Below, piece by piece: positions 49,015 through 58,222 of a stretch of 64,000 nucleotides of DNA (within the stretch, counting starts at the first letter, position 1; each line of letters starts with the position of its first letter). The stretch spans positions 1 through 64,000 of the forward strand of contig JBEKIW010000006.1 of NCBI GenBank assembly GCA_050011565.1, read 5' to 3'. A program made the translations under genes and the position numbers. Origin of the DNA: Dehalococcoidia bacterium. Its GTDB lineage: Bacteria > Chloroflexota > Dehalococcoidia > GIF9 > UBA5629. The notes under the pieces were generated by a model. That model was given only the letters and a program-made list of their open reading frames with translations, was not told where the DNA came from and did not search any database.

Positions 49015-49125
49015 ATTTGTCCTCCTTAAAACTAAAAATTAAGCATAAAAAAGCGCAAGTCTATTGTCAACCTGGGTCCGGCTTCTACCACATGCCCACT
49101 TAGACGGCTAAGCCGGCGGAGAAAT

Positions 49126-50016
49126 TCAGCTTTCGATAAACTCCCGGATATAGGAATTAACCAGCGCCGGCTTCTCGTGAATGACCCAATGCGAGCCATC
49201 GGGAATGCGCTTGATGGTCAGGTGGGGTACGTACTTTTCGAGACCTTCCAGATTTCCGGTGAGCAGCCACTTATCTTGCTCGCCCCATATCACGAGCGTC
49301 GGCACCTTGACCGTAAACAATGAAGCGTTTGCCGACAATATATCGTCGCTTTCACCCGTAAACAGGCCGAGACGGGCGGCTCTATAATAATTAAGACCGC
49401 CGGTGAGCGAGCCCGGCTGCGACCAGGCTTCTATATACGCTTTCCTGTCTTCTTCCGTGAAGTAGCCCTGCTTTAGGCCTTCCTCCAGTAGATTGCTAGC
49501 CGGTAAAGCGTAGTTGTTTCGAGACAGTATCTCCTCAGCTTCAGGAGTTCGATACACGAGAATATACTGGCTGGCTTTCCGCTGCTCCGGGTTATCACGG
49601 AGTTCGCGAGTAAAGGTAACCGGATGTGTGCCGTTTATTATAATGAGCTTTTCCAGATAATCTGGATGGCGTATGGCAAACGGCCACGCCACTCCCGCGC
49701 CCCAATCATGAGCCACCAGGAAAAACTTCTTATAACCCAGGTACTCAGCAAGAGCACGTATATCCTCAATCAGATACTTCATTCGATACTGCTCGACATC
49801 GGCAGGCTTCGATGAGAGATTGTAGCCCCGCATATCCGGAGCCACGGCCTGGTAATCTCGCCCGAACTCGGCAAGCTGGTTCTTCCACTCATACCAGAAC
49901 TCAGGAAAACCGTGGAGGAACATTATCAATCTCCCCTTGCCCACAGTCACATAGTGAATACTTATGTTGTTCACATCAGCATATTTATGTTGGAACATGT
50001 TTTTTCGCCGCGCCAT
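49126..50016 (-). CDS. Epoxide hydrolase-like alpha/beta hydrolase
   Basis: HGFPE, AHDWGA, NYYRA, SHW. Confidence 0.88.
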   Translation of the reverse strand: MARRKNMFQHKYADVNNISIHYVTVGKGRLIMFLHGFPEFWYEWKNQLAEFGRDYQAVAPDMRGYNLSSKPADVEQYRMKYLIEDIRALAEYLGYKKFFLVAHDWGAGVAWPFAIRHPDYLEKLIIINGTHPVTFTRELRDNPEQRKASQYILVYRTPEAEEILSRNNYALPASNLLEEGLKQGYFTEEDRKAYIEAWSQPGSLTGGLNYYRAARLGLFTGESDDILSANASLFTVKVPTLVIWGEQDKWLLTGNLEGLEKYVPHLTIKRIPDGSHWVIHEKPALVNSYIREFIES

Positions 50017-50147
50017 GGGGTTTCTCCTCAATCCAGCAGTATACTCAAACCGATATCATTATGTCTAACTTTAAAATGTGTGGACAGAACTGAATTCCTG
50101 TTGTTGCTTTTAGCTTTTTGATAAGATCAATTTACGGCATGGATAAG

Positions 50148-50366
50148 ATGGCTAAGACGCAACAGCAGTTGGAAACCGAAGGCTGGAAGATAGCCTCGGT
50201 CACCGGAGGCACGCATCTCAAGAGAATTTTGGGGATGTACCGCGAACTCGGGATTGAGGTTTATCTTGAGAAAGTAAAGCCTGAAGAATGTGAAGGTTGC
50301 ACCCAATGCTTTACGGAAAACAACGAGGCTATTTACAGAATCTACACCAGACCGTATTCTACATGA
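50148..50366 (+). CDS. Small hypothetical protein with CxxCxxC
   Basis: EGW...YRELGIEVYLE..CEGCTQC...IYTR. Confidence 0.65.
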   Translation: MAKTQQQLETEGWKIASVTGGTHLKRILGMYRELGIEVYLEKVKPEECEGCTQCFTENNEAIYRIYTRPYST

Positions 50367-50430
50367 CTAAAACCGATAGGCTAGATCAGGTACTTCCCGT
50401 TTTACCTTACCGGTACCGGACAATCTGATA

Positions 50431-50808
50431 TCATTTCCCCGCCTTCTTAAGAAACTCCTCAACCTTAGCCACCAGATCCCTCGGCTTAATAGGCTTGGAG
50501 ATATACTCAGAAACATCAAAAGCAAACGGCTGGCCAAGCGACTCTGAAAAGCTGGTCAGTGCTAAAACAGGTACCTTGGCAAGCGACGGGTCTTTACGAA
50601 ATTGGTCGGCAAACGTAAAACCATCGGCTACCGGCATCAATATGTCCAAAACGACTAAATCGGGCTTCTCTTTCTTTGCTTTTTCCAAGCCTTCCAGCCC
50701 GTTATAGGCTACAATCACCTCAAAAGCTTTGCTTTCCAAAGCTCCCCTCATCACTGTTACCAGGTCGACATCGTCGTCGACAAGCAAAATTTTTGGCCTC
50801 TGTTTCAT
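50431..50808 (-). CDS. Single-domain response regulator
   Basis: LLVDDD, LDILMP, KP; AGGAGG RBS. Confidence 0.92.
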   Translation of the reverse strand: MKQRPKILLVDDDVDLVTVMRGALESKAFEVIVAYNGLEGLEKAKKEKPDLVVLDILMPVADGFTFADQFRKDPSLAKVPVLALTSFSESLGQPFAFDVSEYISKPIKPRDLVAKVEEFLKKAGK

Positions 50809-50860
50809 GTTAGTTACCTCCTTAATTATTTCCGTGAGACCCAACTAGCTATTGTATTGA

Positions 50861-52297
50861 CTACTTTTCAGCTACGAGCGCTCTATTTTTCGGCAAAGTA
50901 AAAGTAAATTTGCTTCCCTTACCCGTTTCAGCATCAGGACTCTCAGCCCAAATGCTACCTCCATGAGCTTCTACTATCCTCTTGGATATAGATAATCCTA
51001 AGCCCGTTCCCTTGGCTCCCACATTGCTACCCCGGAAGAAGTCATCAAAGAGTCGAGGCAGGTCATCAGGTGGTACACCAATTCCGGAATCTATTACTTC
51101 AATTCGGACTTCATTGTCACCATCTGCAGCTCTGACGAGTACGGTACCTTCGCGAGTATAATTGATAGCATTGCTTGTCAGATTAGTTACCACCTGCTGT
51201 AGCCTCCGGTTGGAAGCGTAGACACTAGGAGAACTTTCGGGTAATTCAACTCTCAGCGTTAATCCCTTCTGTCTGGCTAAGTTATCCAGGCCATCCGTCG
51301 CCTGCTTTACCACATCGTTTAATGAGATCTCTCTCATCTCGCGATTAAGCTGCCCGGCTTCAATTCGAGGTATGTCCAGCAGGTCGGTAATCAATGTCAG
51401 CAGCCCATCGATTCTTCTGATGCCTCTTTGCATCAGGTCTTTTTGCCCATCGGTTATCTCACCAGTATACCCATCCACAATATAGGATAGCAAACTCTGA
51501 GTTGCCACAAGAGGAGACTGAAGGTCATGTGCGACAACGCTGAGGAAGCGGACAAAGCGACGCCGCTCTTCTACTAATTTGACCACTTCACCAGAAATCT
51601 GCTCCAACTCTACCTTCCTTTGTTCAAGAAGCTGGTCTTTCAATACCACGACTTCTCGCTGCCGCCGTCTCAACTCACCGACAATAGCCGTGGCTACGTA
51701 AACTGTGGCATAGGCTAAGGTGACTAAAGCAACCAGAGCAGAGATAACAACGCCCAGATCTTTGTATCGATCCGGAGGTACGAATCCCTCTAGATTTACA
51801 TGCGGTATTGTCCCCCGATATTCCATGAGAACGAGAGCTGTAACCATTACCATGGCAAAGGTGGTCAGTATATATACTCTACGTTTGGAAAGGAATATAG
51901 CTGCCGCATTGGTATGAATTATATACAGAAACAGAAACGGGTTTTCTACTCCCCCGGTAAAGTGTATAATTGCCGTGAGCATTACCAAATCAAGAACGAC
52001 CTGTATGTAGCCATAGGCCTCAGCTTTTCTGACTACCGAGTCAGGTTCTTGTTTCTCCAGACCTCTTGCCAAAAGAAAAAGCCAAAAATTATAGCCGGCG
52101 ATAATTGCGCAAATAATATAAACAGGCAGGGTGGGAAAACCAACGTGAAATATCAGGGATGCTACGAGGGTGGCAATAACGATTGCCGGAATGGCAAGCC
52201 ATCTCAGATTGATATAAACCCTGAGCCGCAGTACCAGTGCGCGCTGTTCAGGGGAATAATCCGTCGTTTTGCCTGCTTCAGAGGATGTACTATTCAT
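50861..52297 (-). CDS. Membrane sensor histidine kinase
   Basis: Multi-TM N-domain; AHDLQSPL, NLTSNAINY, DSGIG, GTGLGL. Confidence 0.93.
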   Translation of the reverse strand: MNSTSSEAGKTTDYSPEQRALVLRLRVYINLRWLAIPAIVIATLVASLIFHVGFPTLPVYIICAIIAGYNFWLFLLARGLEKQEPDSVVRKAEAYGYIQVVLDLVMLTAIIHFTGGVENPFLFLYIIHTNAAAIFLSKRRVYILTTFAMVMVTALVLMEYRGTIPHVNLEGFVPPDRYKDLGVVISALVALVTLAYATVYVATAIVGELRRRQREVVVLKDQLLEQRKVELEQISGEVVKLVEERRRFVRFLSVVAHDLQSPLVATQSLLSYIVDGYTGEITDGQKDLMQRGIRRIDGLLTLITDLLDIPRIEAGQLNREMREISLNDVVKQATDGLDNLARQKGLTLRVELPESSPSVYASNRRLQQVVTNLTSNAINYTREGTVLVRAADGDNEVRIEVIDSGIGVPPDDLPRLFDDFFRGSNVGAKGTGLGLSISKRIVEAHGGSIWAESPDAETGKGSKFTFTLPKNRALVAEK

Positions 52298-52506
52298 CTT
52301 GAGGATTCTTCAGATAGACTTAGTACATAATGACCTCATTTTACACCGTACGTCAGATATTCTAGTGCAAAACTCGGACAATCCTCGCCGCGCCCAAACT
52401 TTATTTCAAATGGGTTTAAAGCCAGCGATTAAGTTACCCAAACTGTCGCCCACTGCGAACCAAATGATAACTCTGAACGAGGTCCAGTGCAACCCCTAAA
52501 ACAGTA

Positions 52507-53970
52507 TTAAGGTCTCTGCACCGTCCGTATCAGGCTGCCATTCCTGTCCCTTATATTCACTTCAAGGGGCATGTTGCCCGGCAAGGCATGAGTGGCGCAG
52601 CCCAAACACGGGTCATAAGCTCTGAACGCCATCTCTACCATATTAAGTAAACCTTCCTTCACCTCGGGCCCCTTAACAAATTCCATGGCTGCTTTTTTAA
52701 CGGATAAACATATCGGGGCCGCATTATGCTGGGTGGCTACTATGAGATTCACTTTTGTAGTTTTGCCTTCAGCATCTGCCTCATAATGGTGAATCAAGGT
52801 TCCGCGTGCTGCCTCCACGCAGCCAATCCCGACCTTGCCCAATTTGAGATTCATATTCCGTATATCTTTACTGGTCAGCAAGGGGTCATTAACTATCCTC
52901 TGCATGTGTTCTGCGGCTTGAAGAGCCTCAATCAATCTTGCCCAATGATAAGCCAGGGTGTGATGACTGGGCTTACCCCCGAGTATATCAAACATCGCCT
53001 CATATTCTTTCTGCGCCAGAGGCGTATACATGCTCTCAGCTACATTCAATCTCGCTAACGGCCCAACTCGGTAAAGCGAAGTTCCCTTATCATCGTTCAG
53101 CCCATTCCACCCCACTTTCCTCAGGTGAGTCATTCTTATATATGTCCAGGGTTCAATCCACTCACCTATGTGGTTTATGTAATCATGATAGTCGAACAAA
53201 GCAAATTCCTCGCCCTTTGGATTGACAACCCGCAATTTACCTTCGTAAAAGTTTACCCGCTTATTTTCATCAACCAGCCCCATATAATATGTGTTCAATT
53301 TATAGGCATCATTCAGTACCAGATTTAGATACTCCTTATTGTCCAGGACAACCTGTTTGAACAATTCCAGCGCAAACTGAGTAAATTCAACAGAGAAGTC
53401 AGCAGTGTCCCTCATCCATTTTCGGTCCTCCTCTGTAATACCCCTGGACACCCCTCCGGGTAACCCACCTTCAGGATGAGGAGGCTTGCTGGCGATATAT
53501 CTGATTATCTCCCGGCACCTTTTCCTTACTTCAATAACTTTGCCGCCGATTTCTAACCCCACTTTGTTCACTACGCCGAGGATATTCCGTTCTGCAGGGG
53601 CGGCATTTGGCCCCAGCACAAAGTCCGGTCCGGCGAGAATAAAGAAATGCAGTAAATGGTCTTCCACCATAAATGCATTATAGTGGAGCCCTCTTATCAG
53701 CTTTGCCGTAGGCGTTGGCTCCACCCCATAGAGGTCGTCTAATGCCTTGACTGACGCCATATTGTGAGGCGTGGGACAAACACCGCAAATATTAGGCATA
53801 ATTCGCGGCAGTTCCTCCACAGGTCTACCCAGGCAAAACCTTTCAAAACCTCTTAGCTCAACTACCTGCCAGTAGGCGTCGTCTACATTACCCTTATCGT
53901 CCAGGAAGATCTCAATTTTTCCATGTCCTTCAAGTCTGGTTATCGGGTTTATGGTTATCTTTTCGGTCAC
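52507..53970 (-). CDS. mvhA: [NiFe]-hydrogenase large subunit, group 3c (Mvh type)
   Basis: RLEGHG, ICGVC, RAYDPCLGCATH plus C-terminal extension; in operon with mvhG/mvhD-like genes. Confidence 0.88.
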   Translation of the reverse strand: MTEKITINPITRLEGHGKIEIFLDDKGNVDDAYWQVVELRGFERFCLGRPVEELPRIMPNICGVCPTPHNMASVKALDDLYGVEPTPTAKLIRGLHYNAFMVEDHLLHFFILAGPDFVLGPNAAPAERNILGVVNKVGLEIGGKVIEVRKRCREIIRYIASKPPHPEGGLPGGVSRGITEEDRKWMRDTADFSVEFTQFALELFKQVVLDNKEYLNLVLNDAYKLNTYYMGLVDENKRVNFYEGKLRVVNPKGEEFALFDYHDYINHIGEWIEPWTYIRMTHLRKVGWNGLNDDKGTSLYRVGPLARLNVAESMYTPLAQKEYEAMFDILGGKPSHHTLAYHWARLIEALQAAEHMQRIVNDPLLTSKDIRNMNLKLGKVGIGCVEAARGTLIHHYEADAEGKTTKVNLIVATQHNAAPICLSVKKAAMEFVKGPEVKEGLLNMVEMAFRAYDPCLGCATHALPGNMPLEVNIRDRNGSLIRTVQRP

Positions 53971-53996
53971 ATTTCACCTCTTTCCTGTCTAATTCC

Positions 53997-54959
53997 TTAA
54001 CCTCTTTTTTTCTTCAATCTTGAAGTTGGCACCGAGAATCTATACAGGTATCCTGCAAGGTCGGTAATCTGGTCCGCAATTCGGGTAATGTCTGCATCAC
54101 TCTGTGCATCCATAATTGATGCTAAAGCAGAAACAAACTTAGCTCCCGAATCGGCTACTCCTTCCACTGGACCAAAGCATCCCCGGCATGGGACGTTGAT
54201 ATTTATGCAGGATTCTCCACAGCCATCCCTGGTGGCAGGGCCCAGGCAAATTATTCCTTGAGCTAGAAAACAGGTATCAGGGACAGCCTCCACCTCGTGA
54301 ATCCTCTTAATTTCCCTTATCGCTAACCTTTCCGGCTTTGATTTATTTCGCTTGCAGCTATCACATAAAGCCCTCTGAGGCGCCAGGGTTGAGCCTTTAG
54401 GCGGAAGCTTATTTTCGAGGACTGCACTCAAGGCATACATCACCGAGTAAGGTGGAGGCGGGCATCCAGGTAAATAATAGTCGACATTGATTATGTCATT
54501 CAGTGCATAGACACGGTCATAGAATTCTGGGAGAGTGAGCTCTTTTCCGTTGACACGACTTTTTGTCTGTGGATATACCTTATCCGGATTGACCACTGTT
54601 GGAGCATCACGATAGACCCAGTTGAATATATCTTCTTTCGTGGTGAGGTTGGCTAATCCGGGTGTTCCTCCAAGGCAAGCGCAGGCACCAAAGGCGAGAA
54701 TAATCTGAGATTTTTCCCTTAATAGCTTGGCTACCTCCTCCTGCTCAGAGTTTCTGACATTTCCGTTTATTATACTCAATGCGATATCGCCATCCTTTAG
54801 GGCTTTGATGCTGTCGTACTTAAAGTCCAGTGCCACCGGCCACAGAACTAAATCAACCGCTCCAGCTACGCTGAGAATTACTTCGTTTATATCAACAACT
54901 GCCTCGTCACAGCCGCCACAACCCCCCAACCAGCAAATTGCAACTTTTGGCTTAGCCAT
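53997..54959 (-). CDS. mvhG: [NiFe]-hydrogenase small subunit
   Basis: CGGC, GACA, PGCPP, CLGPATRDGC, PCRGC. Confidence 0.88.
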   Translation of the reverse strand: MAKPKVAICWLGGCGGCDEAVVDINEVILSVAGAVDLVLWPVALDFKYDSIKALKDGDIALSIINGNVRNSEQEEVAKLLREKSQIILAFGACACLGGTPGLANLTTKEDIFNWVYRDAPTVVNPDKVYPQTKSRVNGKELTLPEFYDRVYALNDIINVDYYLPGCPPPPYSVMYALSAVLENKLPPKGSTLAPQRALCDSCKRNKSKPERLAIREIKRIHEVEAVPDTCFLAQGIICLGPATRDGCGESCININVPCRGCFGPVEGVADSGAKFVSALASIMDAQSDADITRIADQITDLAGYLYRFSVPTSRLKKKRG

Positions 54960-54960
54960 C

Positions 54961-55410
54961 CTATTTCCTCCCCCCAGCTTTAACCGCTTCTTTTTTGGAT
55001 GTTTTCCGCACTTCTGTGCTCCTCTTCGGCGGTCCCAACTTTGCCAGGTCCTCCATCATCTCCTTAGCTAATTGCTGAATTCTGATACCTTCCGGGTCAA
55101 CGGATAGCTCTATCCTGATCCTTTCCTTCTCTATACCAATTGACTCCAGCAGCCTGCGAAGGAGATATACCCTCTTTTTCGCCTCGAAGTTACCGTCTTG
55201 ATAGTGGCAGTCACCTTCCGGACAGCCGAGTATCAAGATTCCATCCGCCCCTCTTTCAAATGCATCAATCATGTGCGTGGCATCAATTTTTCCTGTGCAA
55301 ATAATAGGTATCCAATTATCTATCTGGTTGGAAAGGCTAGTTTCGTCTGTCAGATAACCCCAACCAAATTTGCAAGAGAAACACACTAATTTGGGTTTAT
55401 ATTGGCTCAA
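54961..55410 (-). CDS. mvhD: Hydrogenase iron-sulfur subunit delta (MvhD/FlpD family)
   Basis: CTGKID, GADG, GC..GDCHY..GN, GIEKER; start uncertain (55410-55440). Confidence 0.85.
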   Translation of the reverse strand: MSQYKPKLVCFSCKFGWGYLTDETSLSNQIDNWIPIICTGKIDATHMIDAFERGADGILILGCPEGDCHYQDGNFEAKKRVYLLRRLLESIGIEKERIRIELSVDPEGIRIQQLAKEMMEDLAKLGPPKRSTEVRKTSKKEAVKAGGRK

Positions 55411-55445
55411 TGTCATCCTCCTTGATAATACTTTACTCAAAGCAT

Positions 55446-57239
55446 CTATGATAAGGCCGCATACACGCTGGCTATCCTCTCAGCCGTATCGTCATCAACC
55501 ATTTTTCTGGCCTGAGATGGACAAGCGACAACACACATACCACATGACTTGCACTTAAACATATCCGTTTCAGAAACGATTTTATCACCGCGATTAACTA
55601 ATCGAGATGCGTAATAGTTACAGGTATAGACACAATGGCCGCAGCCGCTACATTTGGCGATATCCACCTCAACCGGACTTAGAGATTTCTGAAATCCAAT
55701 CGATACGCATGCTTTACAGGACAAACAGGGGCCGCAAGTAACACATCTTTTCGCTTCCTCTATTGCCTCTTTTAATGTCAAGCCCTTTTCAAAAAGTTGG
55801 AAATGCATTCTGTTTTCAGGTGGTATCCACAGTACCTCAGGTTCAGGCTTGTAGTCTCTCCTAACCGGTATCGTGTATCCCTCGTAGTCCCTTCTGCGGC
55901 CCTCCTTCATATCCACGCCCCTTAAACACCTGTCAATCGATTCGGCAGCCACAAGCCCTTCGGCCATAGCTTCTATCATAAAGCCTACCCTCCTCACATC
56001 ACCGCCAATGAATAGCCAGGGCTTACTTGCACTTTGCAGTGTTAAATGGTCCACATCAAGCCTGCCCCGTTCATTCAAAAGATTTTCCTTCTGGAGTAAC
56101 GGCCTGTCCGGAGCCTGTCCCACAGTGATTATAAGCACGTCCCCTGCCAAATCAATGCAATCAGTACACTCGAACTTCGGATTGAAACCCTGTTCATCAA
56201 ACACACTAACACATGTTGGGCATTCGATTCCCTTGAACTTCCCATTCTGCCCCATAATCTTTCTCACCCCGCGGCTATAGACTATTCTTACACCCTCTTC
56301 CCAGGCTCCCCGGATTTCCTCTTCATCAGCAGGCACACCGTCTCTATGGTCCTTGTCCTCTCGTTCAAGCGCTACGACGGTCACATCCCCACCCTGCCTC
56401 CTGGCTGATCTGGCCACGTCAAAAGCCACGTTTCCACCTCCGGTGACTATGACTTTTTTACCCTTGAAATAATTTGAGGCGATATTGTTGTGGCTGACTT
56501 CGTAAAGATAAGTGTGGCCATACATCACACCCGACAGGTCCTGCCCCTCCACAAATTGTCCTTCAAAGGTTAATACTCTAGGATATGGCAATCCAGTTGC
56601 CAGAAAAACTGCCTTATAGCCCTCATTCTTCAATCTTTCCAGCGTCAGTCTCCCTTCCCCAAGACGGCTTTTATACCTGACATCTATGCCGGCAATCCTA
56701 ATCAGGTTCTCGACTGTAGTCTGGAGAATATCCTTCGGCAGGCGGTAGTCTGGTACCAGCCATAAGGCGCCGCCAAGCCGGTCAGAGGCTTCAACTATCG
56801 TTACCCGGTATCCTCTCTTGCTTAAATCGTAGGCACACATTAGCCCGCCCGGCCCGCCGCCTACGACAGCCACATTTTCCTTGTTTTTGGGTATCTCTAA
56901 TTCCTCTTGCTCCTTTAAATGTTCAGTATATACATCCGAAAGGAATCTTTTTAGCAGTCTCCTCTTGATTGCGCCACCCTTCTTGCCATAATTACACTCC
57001 AGTTCGCAAATACCGCAAATGTAACCACAAATGTTGAAGAAAGGGTTCTTTCCATAGAGATATTCACTAATCTGGATGACACCATTTTTCGCCAAATCCG
57101 GGTCTTCCGGGAGAAGAGAAATCAGCACATTTGTCCGCTGAATATCCTCATTTATCGGGCATTTGATTTGGCACGGCGGCAGACACTGTCTTACCGCTGT
57201 CTCCACATGCGTCACCCCGGTAGCTTCAGTTTTCCACAT
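55446..57239 (-). CDS. GltD-like FAD/NAD(P) oxidoreductase with C-terminal ferredoxin domain
   Basis: PPCQIKCP, CGYIC, GGGPGG, GGGNVAFD, EAKRC..CGPC..C..C, two CxxCxxCxxxC motifs; AGGAGG RBS. Confidence 0.85.
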   Translation of the reverse strand: MWKTEATGVTHVETAVRQCLPPCQIKCPINEDIQRTNVLISLLPEDPDLAKNGVIQISEYLYGKNPFFNICGYICGICELECNYGKKGGAIKRRLLKRFLSDVYTEHLKEQEELEIPKNKENVAVVGGGPGGLMCAYDLSKRGYRVTIVEASDRLGGALWLVPDYRLPKDILQTTVENLIRIAGIDVRYKSRLGEGRLTLERLKNEGYKAVFLATGLPYPRVLTFEGQFVEGQDLSGVMYGHTYLYEVSHNNIASNYFKGKKVIVTGGGNVAFDVARSARRQGGDVTVVALEREDKDHRDGVPADEEEIRGAWEEGVRIVYSRGVRKIMGQNGKFKGIECPTCVSVFDEQGFNPKFECTDCIDLAGDVLIITVGQAPDRPLLQKENLLNERGRLDVDHLTLQSASKPWLFIGGDVRRVGFMIEAMAEGLVAAESIDRCLRGVDMKEGRRRDYEGYTIPVRRDYKPEPEVLWIPPENRMHFQLFEKGLTLKEAIEEAKRCVTCGPCLSCKACVSIGFQKSLSPVEVDIAKCSGCGHCVYTCNYYASRLVNRGDKIVSETDMFKCKSCGMCVVACPSQARKMVDDDTAERIASVYAALS

Positions 57240-57700
57240 GTAAAACCTCCTTAGAAAGTTCGGAACTCTTAAAAAACAATGCATTAAAGAATAGTAGGAA
57301 GGTACTTCGGCTAGCATTCCAGGTCATAGCTGCAATGTCACCTTTGTTTTGAATTGTGGTCTCTTCACGAAAAAACCAAGCAATTATACCTATAATTGAC
57401 TAAAGAAACAAGTAATTGCAATCGCGCAGCTAGGCCTTTTTTGTAAATAAGCTGTATATCAATATAGAACTGATGCAATCAACGAGTGTAATCCTTTTGA
57501 TGCTCATATTGCTATATGCTATAATTCAGCGGTTTTGTCTATGGCCACGCAAATTTTTCTCCACCAATCAAGCGATTATCATTTCACAACATGGCAAAGT
57601 CCGTATCAGAACCAGGCCAAAGTCCGATGCCGGCCAAACAGGCAAACTGTTAAAATATCGTACTAGATACTCCGAAATAGTTACAATTTAGGAGGTGTCC

Positions 57701-58213
57701 TTGAAGCAAGCAAAGAAACCTACGACAACCAAGTCAAAAACCGGCAAACAGCTCACCAGCAAAACACTCCAGCAAATCAGAAAGATAGTCGAAGCCACTG
57801 ATGGCAGGGCTGGGGCTCCAATTCGAGTGCTGCAGCAAGTGCAGGGGCTGGTCGGCTATCTACCACCCGAAGTTTTAAGAACTGTCTCCAAGGAGATGGG
57901 GATCCCACTGAGTGAAATATACGGCATAACCAGCTTCTATTCCTTTTTCTCGATGGTACCGAAAGGTAAATATGTCCTTCAAGTCTGTCTCGGCACCAGT
58001 TGCTACGTAAAAGGGGCCGAAAGGATTCTAAAGACGATGAAGAAGGACTACAGCCTTGAGTCGGGTGGAATTACTTCCGACGGAAAATTCTCGCTGGAGA
58101 CAGTAAGATGCCTGGGCTGTTGCGGTCTATCTCCGGTTATGGCAATAAAAGAAAATGTCTATCGAAAGGTAAAACCAAGCCAGATAAAAGACATCCTGAC
58201 TTCATATAAATAG
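57701..58213 (+). CDS. NuoE/HoxE/HydC-like [2Fe-2S] subunit
   Basis: SFYSFF, CLGTSC, CLGCC; TTG start after GGAGG. Confidence 0.9.
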   Translation: MKQAKKPTTTKSKTGKQLTSKTLQQIRKIVEATDGRAGAPIRVLQQVQGLVGYLPPEVLRTVSKEMGIPLSEIYGITSFYSFFSMVPKGKYVLQVCLGTSCYVKGAERILKTMKKDYSLESGGITSDGKFSLETVRCLGCCGLSPVMAIKENVYRKVKPSQIKDILTSYK

Positions 58214-58222
58214 GAGAATGAG

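Noticed and set aside
50042-50070. dif-like site (TTATGTCTAAC)
   Set aside because: Only a partial XerD-like arm; the other arm lacks the TAA inner triplet.
57354-57370. Rex or CRP operator between the hydrogenase operons
   Set aside because: TTGTGGTCTCTTCACGA has the wrong spacing and several mismatches.
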